Source: Octopus vulgaris (Eukaryota). Taken from it: DNA of 64,000 nucleotides. The position numbers were made by a program, and so were the translations under genes. This document shows positions 42,031 to 56,180 of this stretch, in pieces. Numbering within the stretch: the first letter of the stretch is position 1; each line of letters begins with the position of its first letter. The notes under the pieces were generated by a model. It ran no database searches and was not told the DNA's origin. It saw only the letters and a list, made by a program, of their open reading frames with translations. The stretch lies in NCBI GenBank assembly GCA_951406725.2, contig OX597820.1:45880001-45944000 (forward strand). The letters run 5' to 3'.

Positions 42031-42262
42031 TCAAAACATTTATATTCTTTTACTCTTTTACTTGTTTCAGTCATTTGACTGTGGCCATGCTGGAACACCG
42101 CCTTTAGTCGAGCAAATCGACCCCAGGACTTATTCTTTGGATGCCTAGTACTTATTCTATCGGTCTCTTTTGCCGAACCGCTAAGTTACGGGGACGTAAA
42201 CATACCACGATCGGTTGTCAAGCGATGTTGGGGGAGGGACAAACACACACACACACACACAT

Positions 42263-42303
<41 letters not shown>

Positions 42304-42336
42304 CGACAGGCTTCTTTCAGTTTCTGTATATATTTG

Positions 42337-42401
<65 letters not shown>

Positions 42402-42425
42402 ATAGTAGAATATGTATGTATAGTA

Positions 42426-42468
<43 letters not shown>

Positions 42469-42571
42469 TATATATATATAGTAGAAATATGTTACGAAAA
42501 GAAAATATAAAATACACGTGGAAATGTAAGGGTAAAATATGCAAAATCAACGAAAATGCATATTGCAAATA

Positions 42572-42676
42572 GAAAAAGGCTATTTATGACAGGTAGTGAC
42601 AAATATATACATTTAGATTGACTCAGTCAATCTAAATGTATATATTTGTCACTACCTGTCATAAATAGCCTTTTTC
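42572..42676. repeat. Perfect palindrome with 52-bp arms and 1-nt spacer
   Basis: GAAAAAGGCTATTTATGACAGG...GATTGACT-C-AGTCAATC...CCTGTCATAAATAGCCTTTTTC. Confidence 0.95.
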
Positions 42677-42677
42677 G

Positions 42678-42741
<64 letters not shown>

Positions 42742-43456
42742 GAATAATAAAAAAGAAGTTCTTGGTACAGTATTAAATATATTTGAAAAAATGTGTAGAA
42801 ATGGTGGATTTTTTGGGGTGGGAGGGAATAATTTATATTTTAATCTTAATGATAATGTTTACAGTGAGTTACTCTGATATGAGTTTCGAGCTTCAAGTAG
42901 CCGTTTTCAAACTGAAAAATCTATGTTTTACTGGTTGCTTAAATAGTAAAAAAAAATTTTTTACAAGTATACATGCAAGAAGTATATAGACAAAAAAGGG
43001 AGAAAAATATTACAACATATGTGTGGTAAGTAGCTTGCATGCCAACAACATGGTTCTGGGTGCAGTCCCACTGTGTGGAAACTTGGGTCAGTGTCTTCTA
43101 CTACAGCTTCGGGCCGACCAAAGTCTTGTGAGTTGATATGGTAGACGGAAATTGAAAGAAGCCCGTCTATATATATCTTTATATATGTGTGTGTTTGTGT
43201 TTGTCCCTCCATCATCGCTTAACAACCGATGTTGGTGTATTTACGTCCCCGTAACTTAGCGGTTCGGCAGAAAGTGACCGATAGAATAAGTAAAAGGCTT
43301 ACGAAGAAGGACTAAAGGCGGCGCCCCAGCATGGCCGCAGTCAAATGACTGAAACAAATAGAAGAATAAAAGAATAAAGTGTCTTTTACTATAGCCTGGG
43401 GCTGACCAGAGCTTTGTGAGTGGATTTTGGTAGACGGAGACTGAAAGAAGCTCGTC

Positions 43457-43516
<60 letters not shown>

Positions 43517-44318
43517 AATTGTGTGTGTGTGTGTTTGTCCCCTACCATCACTTGACAACCGATGTTGGTATGTTTACGTCCCCGTAAATTAGCGGTTCGG
43601 CAAAAAGACACCGATAGAATAAGTACCAGGCTTACAAAGAATAAGTCTTGGTTTCGATTTGTTCGACTAATGGCGGTGCTCCAGCATAGCCGCAGTCAAA
43701 TGACTGAAACAAATAAAAGAGTTAAAGAATATAAAGTACTAAAGCATGTGGGAAGAAGAAAATGAAGAGGAGGAATAAAAAGAAGAGGGGGAAAGATAAA
43801 GAAGAAAAAGAACAATAGCAGCAACAAATGGAAAGAAGTGAAAAGGTGAAGAAGAAGAGAAAGAGGAAAAAGTAAATGAAATCTTCTTCTTCTTCTTCTT
43901 CTTCTTCTTCTTCTTCTTCTTCTTCTTCTTCTTCTTCTTCTTCTTCTTCTTCTTCTTCTTCTTTACATGTTGTATTTCATAAATATATATATATATATAT
44001 ATTGTAGTTTTTTTTCCCTTTTTTTGTGCATATTTTTTGTACGTATATTCCATGGGGCTATCTTGCATCCCAGTTTTTTTCGCTGGCAACATTAACTTTC
44101 TGACTTGTTGAACCCAGTGCTACATGAAAATACCCATTAAAGTAAATTACAAGGGGGGGGGGAGTTGACCCATGACCCATCCCCCACTAGCCGATGGCTT
44201 AAGAGTAAGCATTATTATTAATATCAAAATAAAAATTGTCCCTCCCCAAATCCATCTCTACTCATTTTTCACTCACACACACACACATATGTATATATGT
44301 ATATATATGTATATTATA

Positions 44319-44433
44319 CTAGCAGTATAACCCGGCCTTGCCCGGGATTAAGTTACGACTATTAAGCTAATCAAGTTCTTTATTTCAAACCAAACTAAGT
44401 AATATAGACGTCAAATTTGGGCGAAATCTGTTG

Positions 44434-44488
<55 letters not shown>

Positions 44489-44999
44489 TATATTATATTA
44501 TATTATATTATATTATATAGCAATTACAATATATTTATATTTAAAATAAATATATTGTAATTGTTGTGTGAGAAAGTATATAGAATATGATTATAAAATA
44601 TAGTGTCTTTCAAAAACAAAAAAAGACAAAACATTTTACATTTTATTTTTTATGAACGTCATAACTTACTCTCTCTCCCACTCTCACTTTGTATTTTCCG
44701 TGAAACTCTCTGCCTCCTTCTTCCACGTTTCTTTATCTTAATTTTTTTGTTTGACGCTGGCAAAAAAGCTAAGGCTAATATTTTTCGTGGCTAAAAGCTA
44801 TGTCTGAAAATAGATATTTAGGCTACCCACGAGTGCCTCGGAGTAAAATCAGTTGACAAAACCAAGAGAGGGTGTTGACAAATGTCCTCCTAAAATTTGA
44901 GCGACATGCGTGTTAATTTGTGGACGTGCATAAATTACAATCACGTACACACACGCACACACACGCACACACACGCACACACACTCTCCCTTTTATAGA
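44319..44999 (-). mobile_element. Non-autonomous Helitron-like element
   Basis: Minus strand starts TC-TATAAAAGGGAGAGTGTGTG and ends with a CCCGG..CCGGG hairpin plus CTAG, between A and T. Confidence 0.7.
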
Positions 45000-45227
45000 T
45001 ATGATATATATCTTTATATATATATATATATATTATATAAAATTATATTATATATTATATATATAATATATATATATATTATATATTATATATATATATA
45101 TTTATATATACATATTGTATAAAAAAATATATATCCTAGAGCACCGCCATTAGTCGAACAAATCGAACCCAAGACTTATTGTTTGTAAGCCTGGTACTTA
45201 TTCTATCGGTGTCTTTTTGCGGAACCG

Positions 45228-45855
45228 TTCTGTCTGTGTGTGCGTCTTCTAGGATCTCGGGCATCCTCCATCCAATTGCGCTCAAATTTGATATGTAGAT
45301 ACCGACGGTATCAGATCGTGTATAAGTCTTGAAAAAATTACAAAAATCGATTCCAGGTGAGAATGCAATCGATAAAGCCGTGGGTACGTGCATTTGTACG
45401 CGCAAGTACATCAGCTGTTGCGATCGATACTACGCGTAAGCGAGAAAAATGAACGTGCAGTTTGCGCAAAAAAGCCGGCTAGCTTGAAATAATGCCACAA
45501 AATGCAGTATATTTAAGAGACCAAAAAAGTAAGATGCAAAAGAGATATTTTCTTCAAACTTGGCATGAAGGAAGGAAAGACAATTTGGTTTCTCAAGAAT
45601 TTTTTTTTGCCTTAACTTCGTTTAACAAAACCAAAAATTTTATTGAAATAAAGGCATGCTTAATTATTTTTTAATGAAAAGAAAACACTGATTGCTTTTT
45701 ATTCAAGGAAGAAAATATTATTTTCTTGCTAATAAATGTTGTTTGTTGCCTTCAAAGGGGTGGCATATGGGACGTCGGACAAGTTGTTTTGAGAAAATTT
45801 GTTTCAAATGTTTAACAACTCAGCACCGACCATTGGACGGGGGACGTTGTGCTCG
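45228..45855 (+). mobile_element. Non-autonomous Helitron-like element
   Basis: Head CTGTCTGTGTGTGCG and AAATTTGATATG motif. Subterminal hairpin CCGACCATTGGACGG, then CTCG-T. Confidence 0.5.
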
Positions 45856-45889
45856 TATATATATATATATATATATATATACGAGCACC

Positions 45890-45990
45890 AAGGGAGAATT
45901 CACAAAGAAGCAAAAGACGAAGACAGGTGGTGTAGACAACAAACAGATGTATTAACGTTTCGCGCCTACGCTCTTCCACAGAAGGGAGGG
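45890..45990 (-). mobile_element. Penelope-type tail fragment with HHR-like motif
   Basis: Homologous to 61428-61560. Minus strand CUGUGGA-A-GAGC-guag-GCGC-GAAACGUU. Confidence 0.55.
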
Positions 45991-46157
45991 TGTGTATGAT
46001 TGCGTATCGAAGAAGATATTACTCAAACAAATTCCAACTTTGATTTTCACGTTTTATTTACAATCTTATAATAATATAATAGCAAGATAGTACAATATAA
46101 TGAAATGATAGAATATTAAATGTCCATTCTGATTCGTATGTATGTATATATATGTAA

Positions 46158-46225
<68 letters not shown>

Positions 46226-47099
46226 CATGTGTGTGTAACCTATATACCAGACAGGACAAATTTATCTATTGCTCCGTAAATTGAAGAAAAATAAAATGAT
46301 GGAATGAACAGCCTTAATCGATTTTGAAACCTTTGGCGGGTTCATCAGAAATATCCATACCAATTTGACCGATCCTAGTGGGGGCAACCAGTCATTCTGT
46401 TAATATACTCAACAAACCCAGCAACTACAGAGAACTGGGGCAAGTAATTTGCATACCGTACATATTTAACAATTTATTTAATCTCAGGGGTCTGTCAACG
46501 GGATCTTAGTACTCTCGGTATGAAAGTATGATATAACCTATATTGTAAATATTTATATAGGGCAAATTTACCCCTCTCTCCGTAGACTGAAAGAATGATG
46601 AACAGCGTTAATCGATTTTTAAACCTTATTGGGTTCTCAGAAAACACACATACACACATACATACATATATACTTATACACACACACACGCGCGCGCGCG
46701 CGCTCGCACGCACCCACACATTTATATTTGTGTATTAGTTGAGTTTTTATCAACCTTGTAGTTTGATTTGGGAGGCTTGTCTATGGGTAACAGCTGTCCG
46801 ACACGATTTTGCAGGGAATATCGATCGTATTACTGAAAATACACTATGAATCCGTGAATATTTCCGAAGTTTATATAAAGACAGTGGAATGAGTACTATC
46901 GAAGGATATACATAACAACATAACAATGATAGCATTAAAGACATATAAAAGCAAATTTGAAGCAATACATAACATTTAAACTAAAAATTGTGCATCATCT
47001 AAAAGCTAAAAAGACATCTGAATTATTCTGCATGATTTGATTTCAAGTTAAAATTTCACAGAAGCTCCGGTATGCATTTTAAGTGAGTTTATGGAAGTT

Positions 47100-47810
47100 T
47101 ATGGAAGTTTATAGGAGTTTATGGAACTTTTAGTTCCAGAACTGCTTACCCAATTGATCAATCCACAATTTTCACATCTGCTGCTTCAAGTCACAACTGT
47201 ATCCTCTCTGTCCAAAGCCATCTGAGGTTTCGGTCGTAGAACGTTTGGCCTCTTCTTTGTTTCGTTCAGTCAGAAATTTGCAAAGTGATTGACCAACAAA
47301 CCCCCAGCAGCTTTCTTCAATTGGCTCACGTTGTGTTTGCTATATTTAGTTTGCACACTCCTGGTATTTAGCAAGTTTTCTCACATAATCTCCCTTATTG
47401 TGCATAGCCAGCCAATTTCCACACAATTACCTATTTTCTGTAACCTTAGAAGGTAACTATATCTGAGCGGAATGTCGTTGGTATGAGGGTTCCGAGAACT
47501 TGAACTGCTCAACATGACCCACTTTAGCTGTTTAACACGATGAGGTTTTTTGTTCCCCATATCAACGACAAAGTACTGGCAATAACTGTCGTCATTGCTT
47601 GCAACCAACATACATCATCGCTCATAGTTCATATCTGTAGAATCTTGTGCACATCTTCAAACTTCCACTACTCACTCATTTTCTTAGCTGCTGACAATTT
47701 GATCTGCTGAACTATCCTTCATGGAGTTGGGAGTGTTGTGCAAGCACGTCGAGGGACTAGATGCTGTGAAGTGAGTTCTGCCAATACTCCTACGTTTCAC
47801 CAGGATGTAA
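47100..47810 (-). mobile_element. Possible piggyBac transposase remnant
   Basis: Weak motifs only: EYWQ, ASNDDSYCQYFVVDMG, CTIRE. Confidence 0.3.
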
Positions 47811-47999
47811 TCTTGTGTGTATGATATACATAGAAAGAGAGAGAGAGAGAGAGAGATAGAGAGAGAGAGAGAAAGAAAGAGGGAGAGAGAGTGGAAGAGA
47901 TAGATGAGGAAAATAATGAAGCAAGTAAACAAATAAAATAGCTTGGGCTTGATACACAAAATACACATACAAAGTCTTGCAGATTTCTACGATGCATAC

Positions 48000-49205
48000 A
48001 ACTGGTTATAAATACTAAAATAATGGTAGTAGAGATACAATTTTAATGTAACATTTATGACAACGAAAACATTTATCACTCAATATGGCCGCCTTGTCGA
48101 GCAATTACTGCTTCCACACGACAACGAAATTTTTTGCAGCTGCCGCAACCTACACTTTGATTGTGCGTGTCGCACGCACAATACAGGTTTTCAAACTGTC
48201 GACACTGGAGTGTAGTGAAGCATTGGTCCTTGCTTGAAGTACGCCCCATAAAAAGTAATCGAGAAGGTTGAGATCTGGGTTATTACTGGGCCAGATGTTG
48301 GCCCTCTCAAAAAATAGCACCTTCTAACAAGTAAGATCTGTGTTGCTTTTGATCCATGGCATGGTGCAGAATTCTGGATAAGCACCACATTGTCAAGCTC
48401 AAACTTCTGCTCCATTCAAAGTAATAGGGAATTCTTCAGGATATCCAGAATACTCCTTTGTACCGATCTTCAAGCCAGAATCAATGAAGTGTGGATCCAT
48501 GACACTTCCATCACTCGCCACGGCTCCAAATACCATCACAGAGGTAGGATTCTTAGTTTGAAACAGAGGGGAGACGTCGGAAGGTTTGTATGCACTCAGT
48601 CGAGAATCTCTGCGTTTCACCTCAGCATCCACAGTAAACTTCTTTTCGTCCACAAACACGAGAGTTTTTCCTGAACCTTGATGCTTGATGAATGACAAAA
48701 GCGTTGGACATCTCTCGGCTCTTATTGCTTTGGCCTTGGCTATAAGGAGGTGACGGCGTGGTTGAACATAGCTAGTCATACCAAGGTTCCTGTTCACAGC
48801 TCTGGACACTTTGGAAAGAGACACATTGCGTCTCTTTGCGAGAGTTGTCATGGATGTGGATGGGTTGGCTCCAAATCGAGCGTTTGATGTCAGCGAGAAA
48901 CTTTGGATTCAGCTTGGAATCACTTCGAGTCTTGTGTTCTCTTCTATCAATCTTTTCCTTGTCTTTAAATGTTTATGCATACGTAAACTGTTGCTTTTGG
49001 AAGTTTCGTCAAGTTAACAATTTTATTGGCAGTGAGTGGAACGATTCTGTTGTTCCATGACCTTCTATTTTCGTATCAGTTCGCTATTTACCTGAAAAAT
49101 AAAGAGGAGGATTAGATTTTCAAGCAAGGTTTTATCAAAAAATGAAATGTTAAACCCACTAAGTCAACTGCTTAAAATTGGTCTCAATTCATCTGGAAAA
49201 CCCTG
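48000..49205 (-). mobile_element. maT/DD37D-type Tc1/mariner pseudogene
   Basis: LVFVDEKKFTV, VMVFGAVASDG, IQNSAPCHGSK, WPSNNPDLNLLDY. One terminus is TA-CAGGGTTTTCC. Confidence 0.85.
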
Positions 49206-49276
49206 TACGTATATGAATGTAAATAGCGAGAAAACAAAGGCGGAAAAAAATATTCTCCTCTTAATTTTGTCTTTGT

Positions 49277-49612
49277 ACGCATGGCTCAGTGGTTAGAGCG
49301 TCGAGCTTACGATCGTGAGGTTGTGAGCTCGAATCCTGGACCGGGCTGCGTGTTGTGTTCTCGAGCAAAGCACTTTATTTCACGTTGCTCCAGTTCACTC
49401 AGCTGTAGAAATGAGTTGCGACGTCACTGGTGCCAAGCTGTATCGACCTTTGTCTTTCCCTTGGATAACACTGGTGGCGTGGAGAGGGGAGGCTGGTATG
49501 CATGGGCGACTGCTGGCCTTCCATAAACAACCTTGCCCGGACTTGTGTCTAGGAGGGTAACTTTCTAGGTGCAATCCCATGGTCATTCATGACCGAAGGG
49601 GGTCTTTACCCC
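49277..49612 (+). mobile_element. Full-length tRNA(Arg)-like SINE family C
   Basis: TGGCTCAGTGGTTAGAGCG..CTTACGAT (ACG)..GAGCTCGAATCC head. Homolog on the minus strand at 60788-61112. Confidence 0.85.
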
Positions 49613-49956
49613 TCTGTGTACATTTGATCTGTTTATATATGAATAGTTAATCCAAACATGAACAAAGAGAAAACAGAACAACAAGAGGACATGGTATAAG
49701 TACAGTGTTATTGGACGCTCAGAGAAGGAGAGAAAGGAATGAGGACTTCATGTGTCGAGCGGAGCTCTTCATCAGAAATATAGAAAACATCCAAAGGGAA
49801 GACGGAGAAAGAAAATCGCCAACGGTACACACACGGTCACATGAATATCTATATATTTATACGTGAATATTCATCATCTGAATATTTTCAGTCTTTATTT
49901 TTTCCTCTGTTTATATGTATATATGTATGTATATTTTATATATCTAGCCCAAGCGG

Positions 49957-50044
<88 letters not shown>

Positions 50045-50243
50045 TGTCGTTGCTTCGTTATCTTCCATATCTGTTCACCTGGATTCCTCTTATAACCATT
50101 CTGTACCTCTGCAGACTTGGTCCTTGATAAAGATTTCAAAGTGAAAGTTAAAATCATTTGAGCTCTACTAAGTCTTTTCTATGTTGAGCATCTCTGGAAC
50201 TCATCTACTGACTCTCTCGCTCTCTGTGCGCACACACACAAAG

Positions 50244-50276
<33 letters not shown>

Positions 50277-50300
50277 GACAGACAGACAGACAGACTGACA

Positions 50301-50345
<45 letters not shown>

Positions 50346-50563
50346 TCATATACATTCAGACATCTAGATTCATGTGCACAAACACACACCCAAAGAAATC
50401 GCTTAAAAAAACAAAGAAAAATCGATTGGAGAGCCTATCAAATGAAAATAAAATTTATATTATTCAAAATTATGTGTAAATAGTGACAGCGTAATTAATA
50501 CTCCGAATAGACAAATACAAGAATGGATTTGAAAGCAGCAGTAACACCTAATTGAAGTGGTGT

Positions 50564-50626
50564 TGACCTTTCGAACTTTATCCTTGTTGACCCACTGACC
50601 TTTCATTCCTACTGACCTGTTGAACT
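50564..50626 (-). promoter_or_regulatory. Three tandem DR2 nuclear-receptor-type elements (candidate enhancer)
   Basis: TGACCT-tt-CGAACT, TGACCC-ac-TGACCT, TGACCT-gt-TGAACT. Confidence 0.4.
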
Positions 50627-51436
50627 TTTCTCTCTCTCCAAGTATCTAACTGCCAGGCGTTGGCTCCAGACAAATGTTTTTCTCGCTCTAACCTTTGTCT
50701 AAATAAACACATCCTGTAAAGATGTGTTTGAAAGGTACAGGGGTATGTTGGTGTGCTGTGAGGGGTTGAGGTGCAGCACCCCTCAGTGGGGAAGCGAAAA
50801 GGCACAAAAAAACAAACAAACAAACAAAACAAACAAAAACAAGCAAACAACCAACCGAACAAAAGCTTACCCTATCTGATACGGAAACTGATTAGAGAGA
50901 TGTAAATATATGTGTATGGGCGTGAGGGGAATGGCTAATGTTAGGTTCATTTTGTCCAGTGTGAGACCTAGAGAGGTTGTTACTGTTGTTTATTCCCTGC
51001 TCAATTTTGTTTAGGTAGATCGATAATCATATTCTAGTTGTGATCATTCTGACTATTATTCAGAAAATATATCCAGGATTCCTCCAGGAGATCCAGTCCT
51101 TGATGCAATGTAGTGGCTTATCTACCCCCAATGATTATAGAGCTGGCATAACTCTCATAATTATGAGAGCTATGTCAGCGGAGCGCATGCTCCTGGTGAA
51201 GCTCCTCATGCTGGTCAGGTCAAAGGGTAGGGATCACCAGTTCCCAGAGGTAAAAATAAACTTGTTAAGGTTATCTCTAGGAGTGGCTGTGTGGTAAGTA
51301 GCTTGCTTACGAACCACATGGTTCAAAGTTCAGTCCCACTGCGTGCCACATAGGGCAAGTGTCTTCTTCTATAGCTTCGGGCCGACCAAAGCCTTGTGAG
51401 TGGATTTGGTAGACGGAAACTGAAAGAAGCCCGTCG

Positions 51437-51474
<38 letters not shown>

Positions 51475-51754
51475 CGTGTTTGTCCCCTCAACATCGCTTG
51501 ACAACCGATGCTGGTGTGTTTATGTCCCCGTAATTATAGCGGTTCGGCAAAAGAGACCGATAGAATAAGTACTAGGCTTACAAAGAATAGGTCCAGGGGT
51601 CGATTTGCTCGACTAAAGGCGGTGCTCCAGCATGGCCACAGTGAAATGACTGAAGCAAGTAAGAGAGTAAAAGAGTAAGTGAATTAAAGCGCACTACTAA
51701 CACAGTTGAACACGGTATTGATTTATAAAAACGTTTAATGTACTTTATAGTATA

Positions 51755-52057
51755 CTAGCAGTATCTCCTGGCGTTGCTCGGGTTTGTAAGGGAAATAACT
51801 ATATAAGCTTTTTTAGAGAGTTACTTCCCTTATATAATAGTAAAAAAATGCATTAAAAATGGGAAAAAATTATGGTAATTTTTTTTATAAATCGTAGACT
51901 CATCATAGACGCGCGCTAATACCCAGAAGAGCTCGATATGAATGACGACTATAAGATACCCGCTTTTGGTTAAACTGCACCGCAAAATGTGGGAGTAGTT
52001 AGGAATCTAAATCGTAGGAGACAGACACTCACACAACTTCACTTTTATATATAAAGA
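51755..52057 (-). mobile_element. Non-autonomous Helitron-like element
   Basis: Same terminal architecture as 44319-44999. Confidence 0.65.
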
Positions 52058-52189
52058 TTATGGTTGCATAACGAAATACGGCGTCCTTACAAGTCATTAA
52101 TAAAAAAATAAGCTTGCGTAGAGCCAATGCTTCTTCCGAGAGAAAAGCAAAGTTAAAGAAGCCTCGATGACAAATCTAAACCAACAAGT

Positions 52190-52340
52190 TCTAAGAGAGG
52201 AAGACCCTCCTTCCGAGAAACATATGTAGGCTATTCAGGCAGAGCTGAAAAAGCAGGGATCCAACTAGAGAGAAATAACAAAGATACTTCAGAGTAAAGA
52301 ACAGTGGAGAAAAGTCGTTGATGGCCCATGACCCATAGGG
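52190..52340 (+). mobile_element. RTE LINE extreme 3' end
   Basis: RGRP..AELKKQG..EQWRKVVDG followed by CTTAAGTAAG tail. Confidence 0.55.
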
Positions 52341-53033
52341 AGCGAAGGGCTTAAGTAAGAAAATATATCCAGGAGTGCATTACATAATGTCTCATTACTC
52401 TTTTAAAGATCCTAGGGTGTTATTTGAAGGATGTTTAACAGCTGTTTTTAGAAGGTTGAACCATTCCTTCATTTTGAGCTGTTTTAGAAGATTGAGCTTT
52501 TCTTCTTTATGGCATCTGGTGATGCTTGTTGAAGCAATAGACAACCAAACATATCGATAAACTGATACAGTGAGAGACAGATACATTCTTAGATAAATAT
52601 AGCTAGCAGGTTATGTCTAGATGTCTATCGCAACCGCGGATGATTGATACTAGCATATACCATGAATTCGCTAATGGTTTTAGGTGTACATGTAGTCGTC
52701 GGAAGACAAAAACACCCTCCCGTTCTACTACGGTTCAATCACAAGATTATCCATGATCCAAGGAGAGAATGAATCTAGTATTTTATTTATTAACTCTACT
52801 CAACAAAAAAGATGAAGGGCATGCTTATGGATCACTTCAAACACATGGGGCGATTAACATAACATATTTGCTCACAACTCTCATTTTTCACTGACCCAAT
52901 CTTGATCATTCAGTTGAAGAAATGATAAATATATAACCCAATCAGAGACCTGGTTGAACTACTGGAAATTCCCGCGGTCATTACGTCTCTGACTCTATAG
53001 AGTGTCTGTATGAACAATTCACATGTATGTATG

Positions 53034-53062
<29 letters not shown>

Positions 53063-53064
<2 letters not shown>

Positions 53065-54012
53065 GTTGCCGCCGTTTTTTTTAAGTTTGGAATTTATTGC
53101 GTTTTTAAATTTGGAATCTATTTTTTTCGAGAATTGTATTTTTGAATCATTTTTTAATCTATTTTGGTTTTTTTTCTAGTTAATTTTAGTCAATTTTTGT
53201 TTATTTTCAGATCATTAAAATGGAATGTCAAGTTAAGAAAAACGAGCATTTTCGACACCCTCTTCTTTTTGCTTTTAATCAAGGTTCAAAGGCCGCAAAA
53301 GCTACTCGCGACATTTGTGTAGTGTATGGAGAGGGTGCCATAGTTGAGAGAACCGCTCGTGATTGGTATGCCAAGTTTAAAAATGGAAATTTTGACCTCA
53401 AAGACACACCTCGTTCTGGCCGTCCAGTTGAATTCGATGAAGAGCTATTAAACCAACTTTTGCACGAAAATTCTTGTGAAACTACAAGGGAGCTTACAGA
53501 GAAAATGGAATGCTCCCACACAGCTATAGAGAAGCATCTTCACTCCATGGGAAAGGTTCAGAAGTATGGAGCATGGGTTCCGCGTGCTTTAAGTGACAAC
53601 AACAAAATTCAACGAGCCACAATCTCCGCTGGTTTGCTTGCTCGTCATCGCTCAACTCATGGACACCAGCAACGATTTCTTTACTGAATCGTTTCTGGCG
53701 ATAAAAAATGGTGCCTCTGCATCAATATGAAGCAGCATAAGGAATGGCTTAGCCACGGTAAACAAGCGACAACGATGTTGTGCGTATGGTGGGACTGGGA
53801 AGGGATTTTCCATTACGAATTTCTTGAACGGAACCAAACGGTCAACGCGGAACTCTATGTTCAACAGATGGAACGACTCAACACGTCTATTCAAGAGAAA
53901 TGACCTAATCGTCATCATGGAGTTCTTCTGCTGCATGACAACGCACGCCCTCATATCGCCAATATGACCAAGGACGCCATTCAAATGCTTGGTTGGGAAG
54001 TGCTGCCACACC
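53063..54012 (+). mobile_element. Mariner (Mos1-like) transposase pseudogene, 3'-truncated
   Basis: ORF 53220-53687 (HFRH.LLFAFNQG..WYAKFKNGNFDLKDTPRSGRP, WVP), then IVSGDKKW and LLHDNARPH. Confidence 0.9.
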
Positions 54013-55214
54013 GCCTTACAAGGAGGAGACATACGTATAATACAGGGAGTCAGGTCAGCAAACTCTAGATGGGAAATGCGTTGAAATAAAATAGAAAAAA
54101 GAAAAGAACAACAATAGGAGTGTACAACGAAGCTATTGACACCAAGCGGGAGACAAGAGAGTCTAACGTCTCGAGAGATACTCTTCATCAAAGAGAGCAA
54201 AAACGAATAAGAGAAATAGGAGAAGAATAAAATTATATGATATCGAATTTAAGCTGTCTGTTTACATGGCTGGCCCAGCGTAAAATCTTTGCATCCTGAA
54301 TCTATGCGTAATAATTTAACACTTAAATGCCGATAAATTTAAATAAAGTTTAAGCCGCGTCTTCTAATCGATTCAGAGACGAATTTCTTTGCTGTATTTG
54401 GCAAAGTCGATCTCGGCGGCGTTTGAACTCCTCAGAATGTAAGCGTTTTGGCCGGTGTTTTTTACGATTCAGCCAGCTCACCACCTTGATAGTAATGATA
54501 TATTTCTTTACTACCCACAAGGGGCTAAACACAAGGGGGGGGGGAAACAAGGACAGACAAAGGGATTAAGTTGATTACATCGACTCCAGTGCATAACTGG
54601 TACTTATTTTATCGACCCCGAAAGGATGAAAGGCAAAGTCGACCTCGGCGGAATTTGAACTCGAAACGTAACGACAGGCGAAATACGGCTACACATTTCG
54701 CCCGGCGTGCTAACGTTTCTGCCAGCTCACCACCTTGATAATAATAATAATAATAATCTTTTCTACTATAGGCACAAAGCCTGAAACTTTAGGGGAAAGT
54801 ACTAGTCGATTACTTCGACCCCTGCACTTGACTAGTGCTTATTTCATCGACTTCGAAAGGATGAAATTCAAAGTCCACCTCGGCGGAATTTGAACAATGA
54901 TAATAATAATAATAATAATAGTACAATAATAATGAGCTTACTGCGTGCAGCGTCCAGCGTCCAGGTGTACTAGAACTCAAGCAGAGTGAATCGAAGCCGA
55001 GACCCACAGACGATATTAGAATATTTCAATTACGTAGTTATCAGAATTACTATCTGTATAAGCTTGAGTGATCGGGGACACTGTATAAAAAAGATTAATG
55101 AATGTTGAGTCACAATCCCACTCGTTAGGACAGTCTATGTTAGTTCCATTTGCACTTGTAGAACTTAGTCCTGTAGTTTGGGCTTTAAAAGTTTTCATTA
55201 CTTTGTGAGAAAAT

Positions 55215-56180
55215 GTTTCCTGGTGAAATTCCTTCGGAGATCTATAAACATGGTGGACGGAAAATACAGGAAAAACTTCTCGCCTTACTTATAACAATAT
55301 GACAGCATGAACTAATTCCACAAGAATTCAAAAATGTTTGCATTATACACCTCTATGAAAGAAAAGGAATCATCCAACGGTGTGACAGCCATAGGGACAT
55401 GTCACTCATGCCATTTGCAAGAAAAATCTTAGCATGGATCACGTTCAATCGGTTCATGCAACATCTTGTGCCTGGACTTCTCCTTAAGATTTGGTGCAGC
55501 TTCCGAAAATCTCGCGGAGCGATTGAAATGACGTTTGCTGCAAGACAGCTTCAAGAGAAATATCAGGAACAAATCAAGACAACTACAGTGTTTATCGACT
55601 TGACCTAGGCTTTTGATAGGTGTAAGCAGTCAAGGCCTTTGGAAAATAATGAAAAAATTTGTTTGTCCAAACAAGTTCATCAACATGATGCGTCAATTTC
55701 ATGATGGCATGCAAGTTCGTGTCTTGAATGATAGAAAATTCTCACAAATTTTCAGTGTAACCGATGGTGTGAAGTAGGATTGTGCTCTATCACTCACACT
55801 CTTCGGTTTGATGTTTAGCGCAGTGCTACACGATGCAGTCTCCCATGTGACAGCTAGCATCCAGACCAGGTACAGTTAAGACGGTGGTCTTTTCAGCTGT
55901 CTGAAAGCTGAGGCCCAAACCAGCTTAACTATCAAAAAGGAGTTCCATTTTGCGGACGATTGCGCTCTGGATGTAAACTCTGCTCTGAAGCAAGTTTTCA
56001 ACAGTGCTTAGACAGCTTTGCTTCAGCTTGCGGTAATTTCGGTCTCACAATCAGTATAAAAAATTCTGGAGTCATGTACCAGCCCGCTCTCGGAAAACTT
56101 TTCATCGAAACACACCTGACAATAAAAACGAACATTTCCAACCTGTAGAGATTCACCTACTATGGAAGTCGGCTGTCTGA
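55215..56180 (+). mobile_element. RTE-clade LINE RT pseudogene
   Basis: GEIPSEIYKHGG, FAARQLQEKYQEQ, VFIDLT*AFD, RQFHDGMQ, FADDCAL. Confidence 0.9.

Noticed and set aside
46310-46352. Minus-strand CTGATGAACC..GGTTTCAAAATCGATTA
   Set aside because: It lacks G12 and has a weak stem I; at best a dead HHR.
49277-49350. tRNA-Arg(ACG)-like sequence
   Set aside because: It has a poor acceptor stem and continues into a repeated SINE body, so it is a SINE head and not a tRNA gene.
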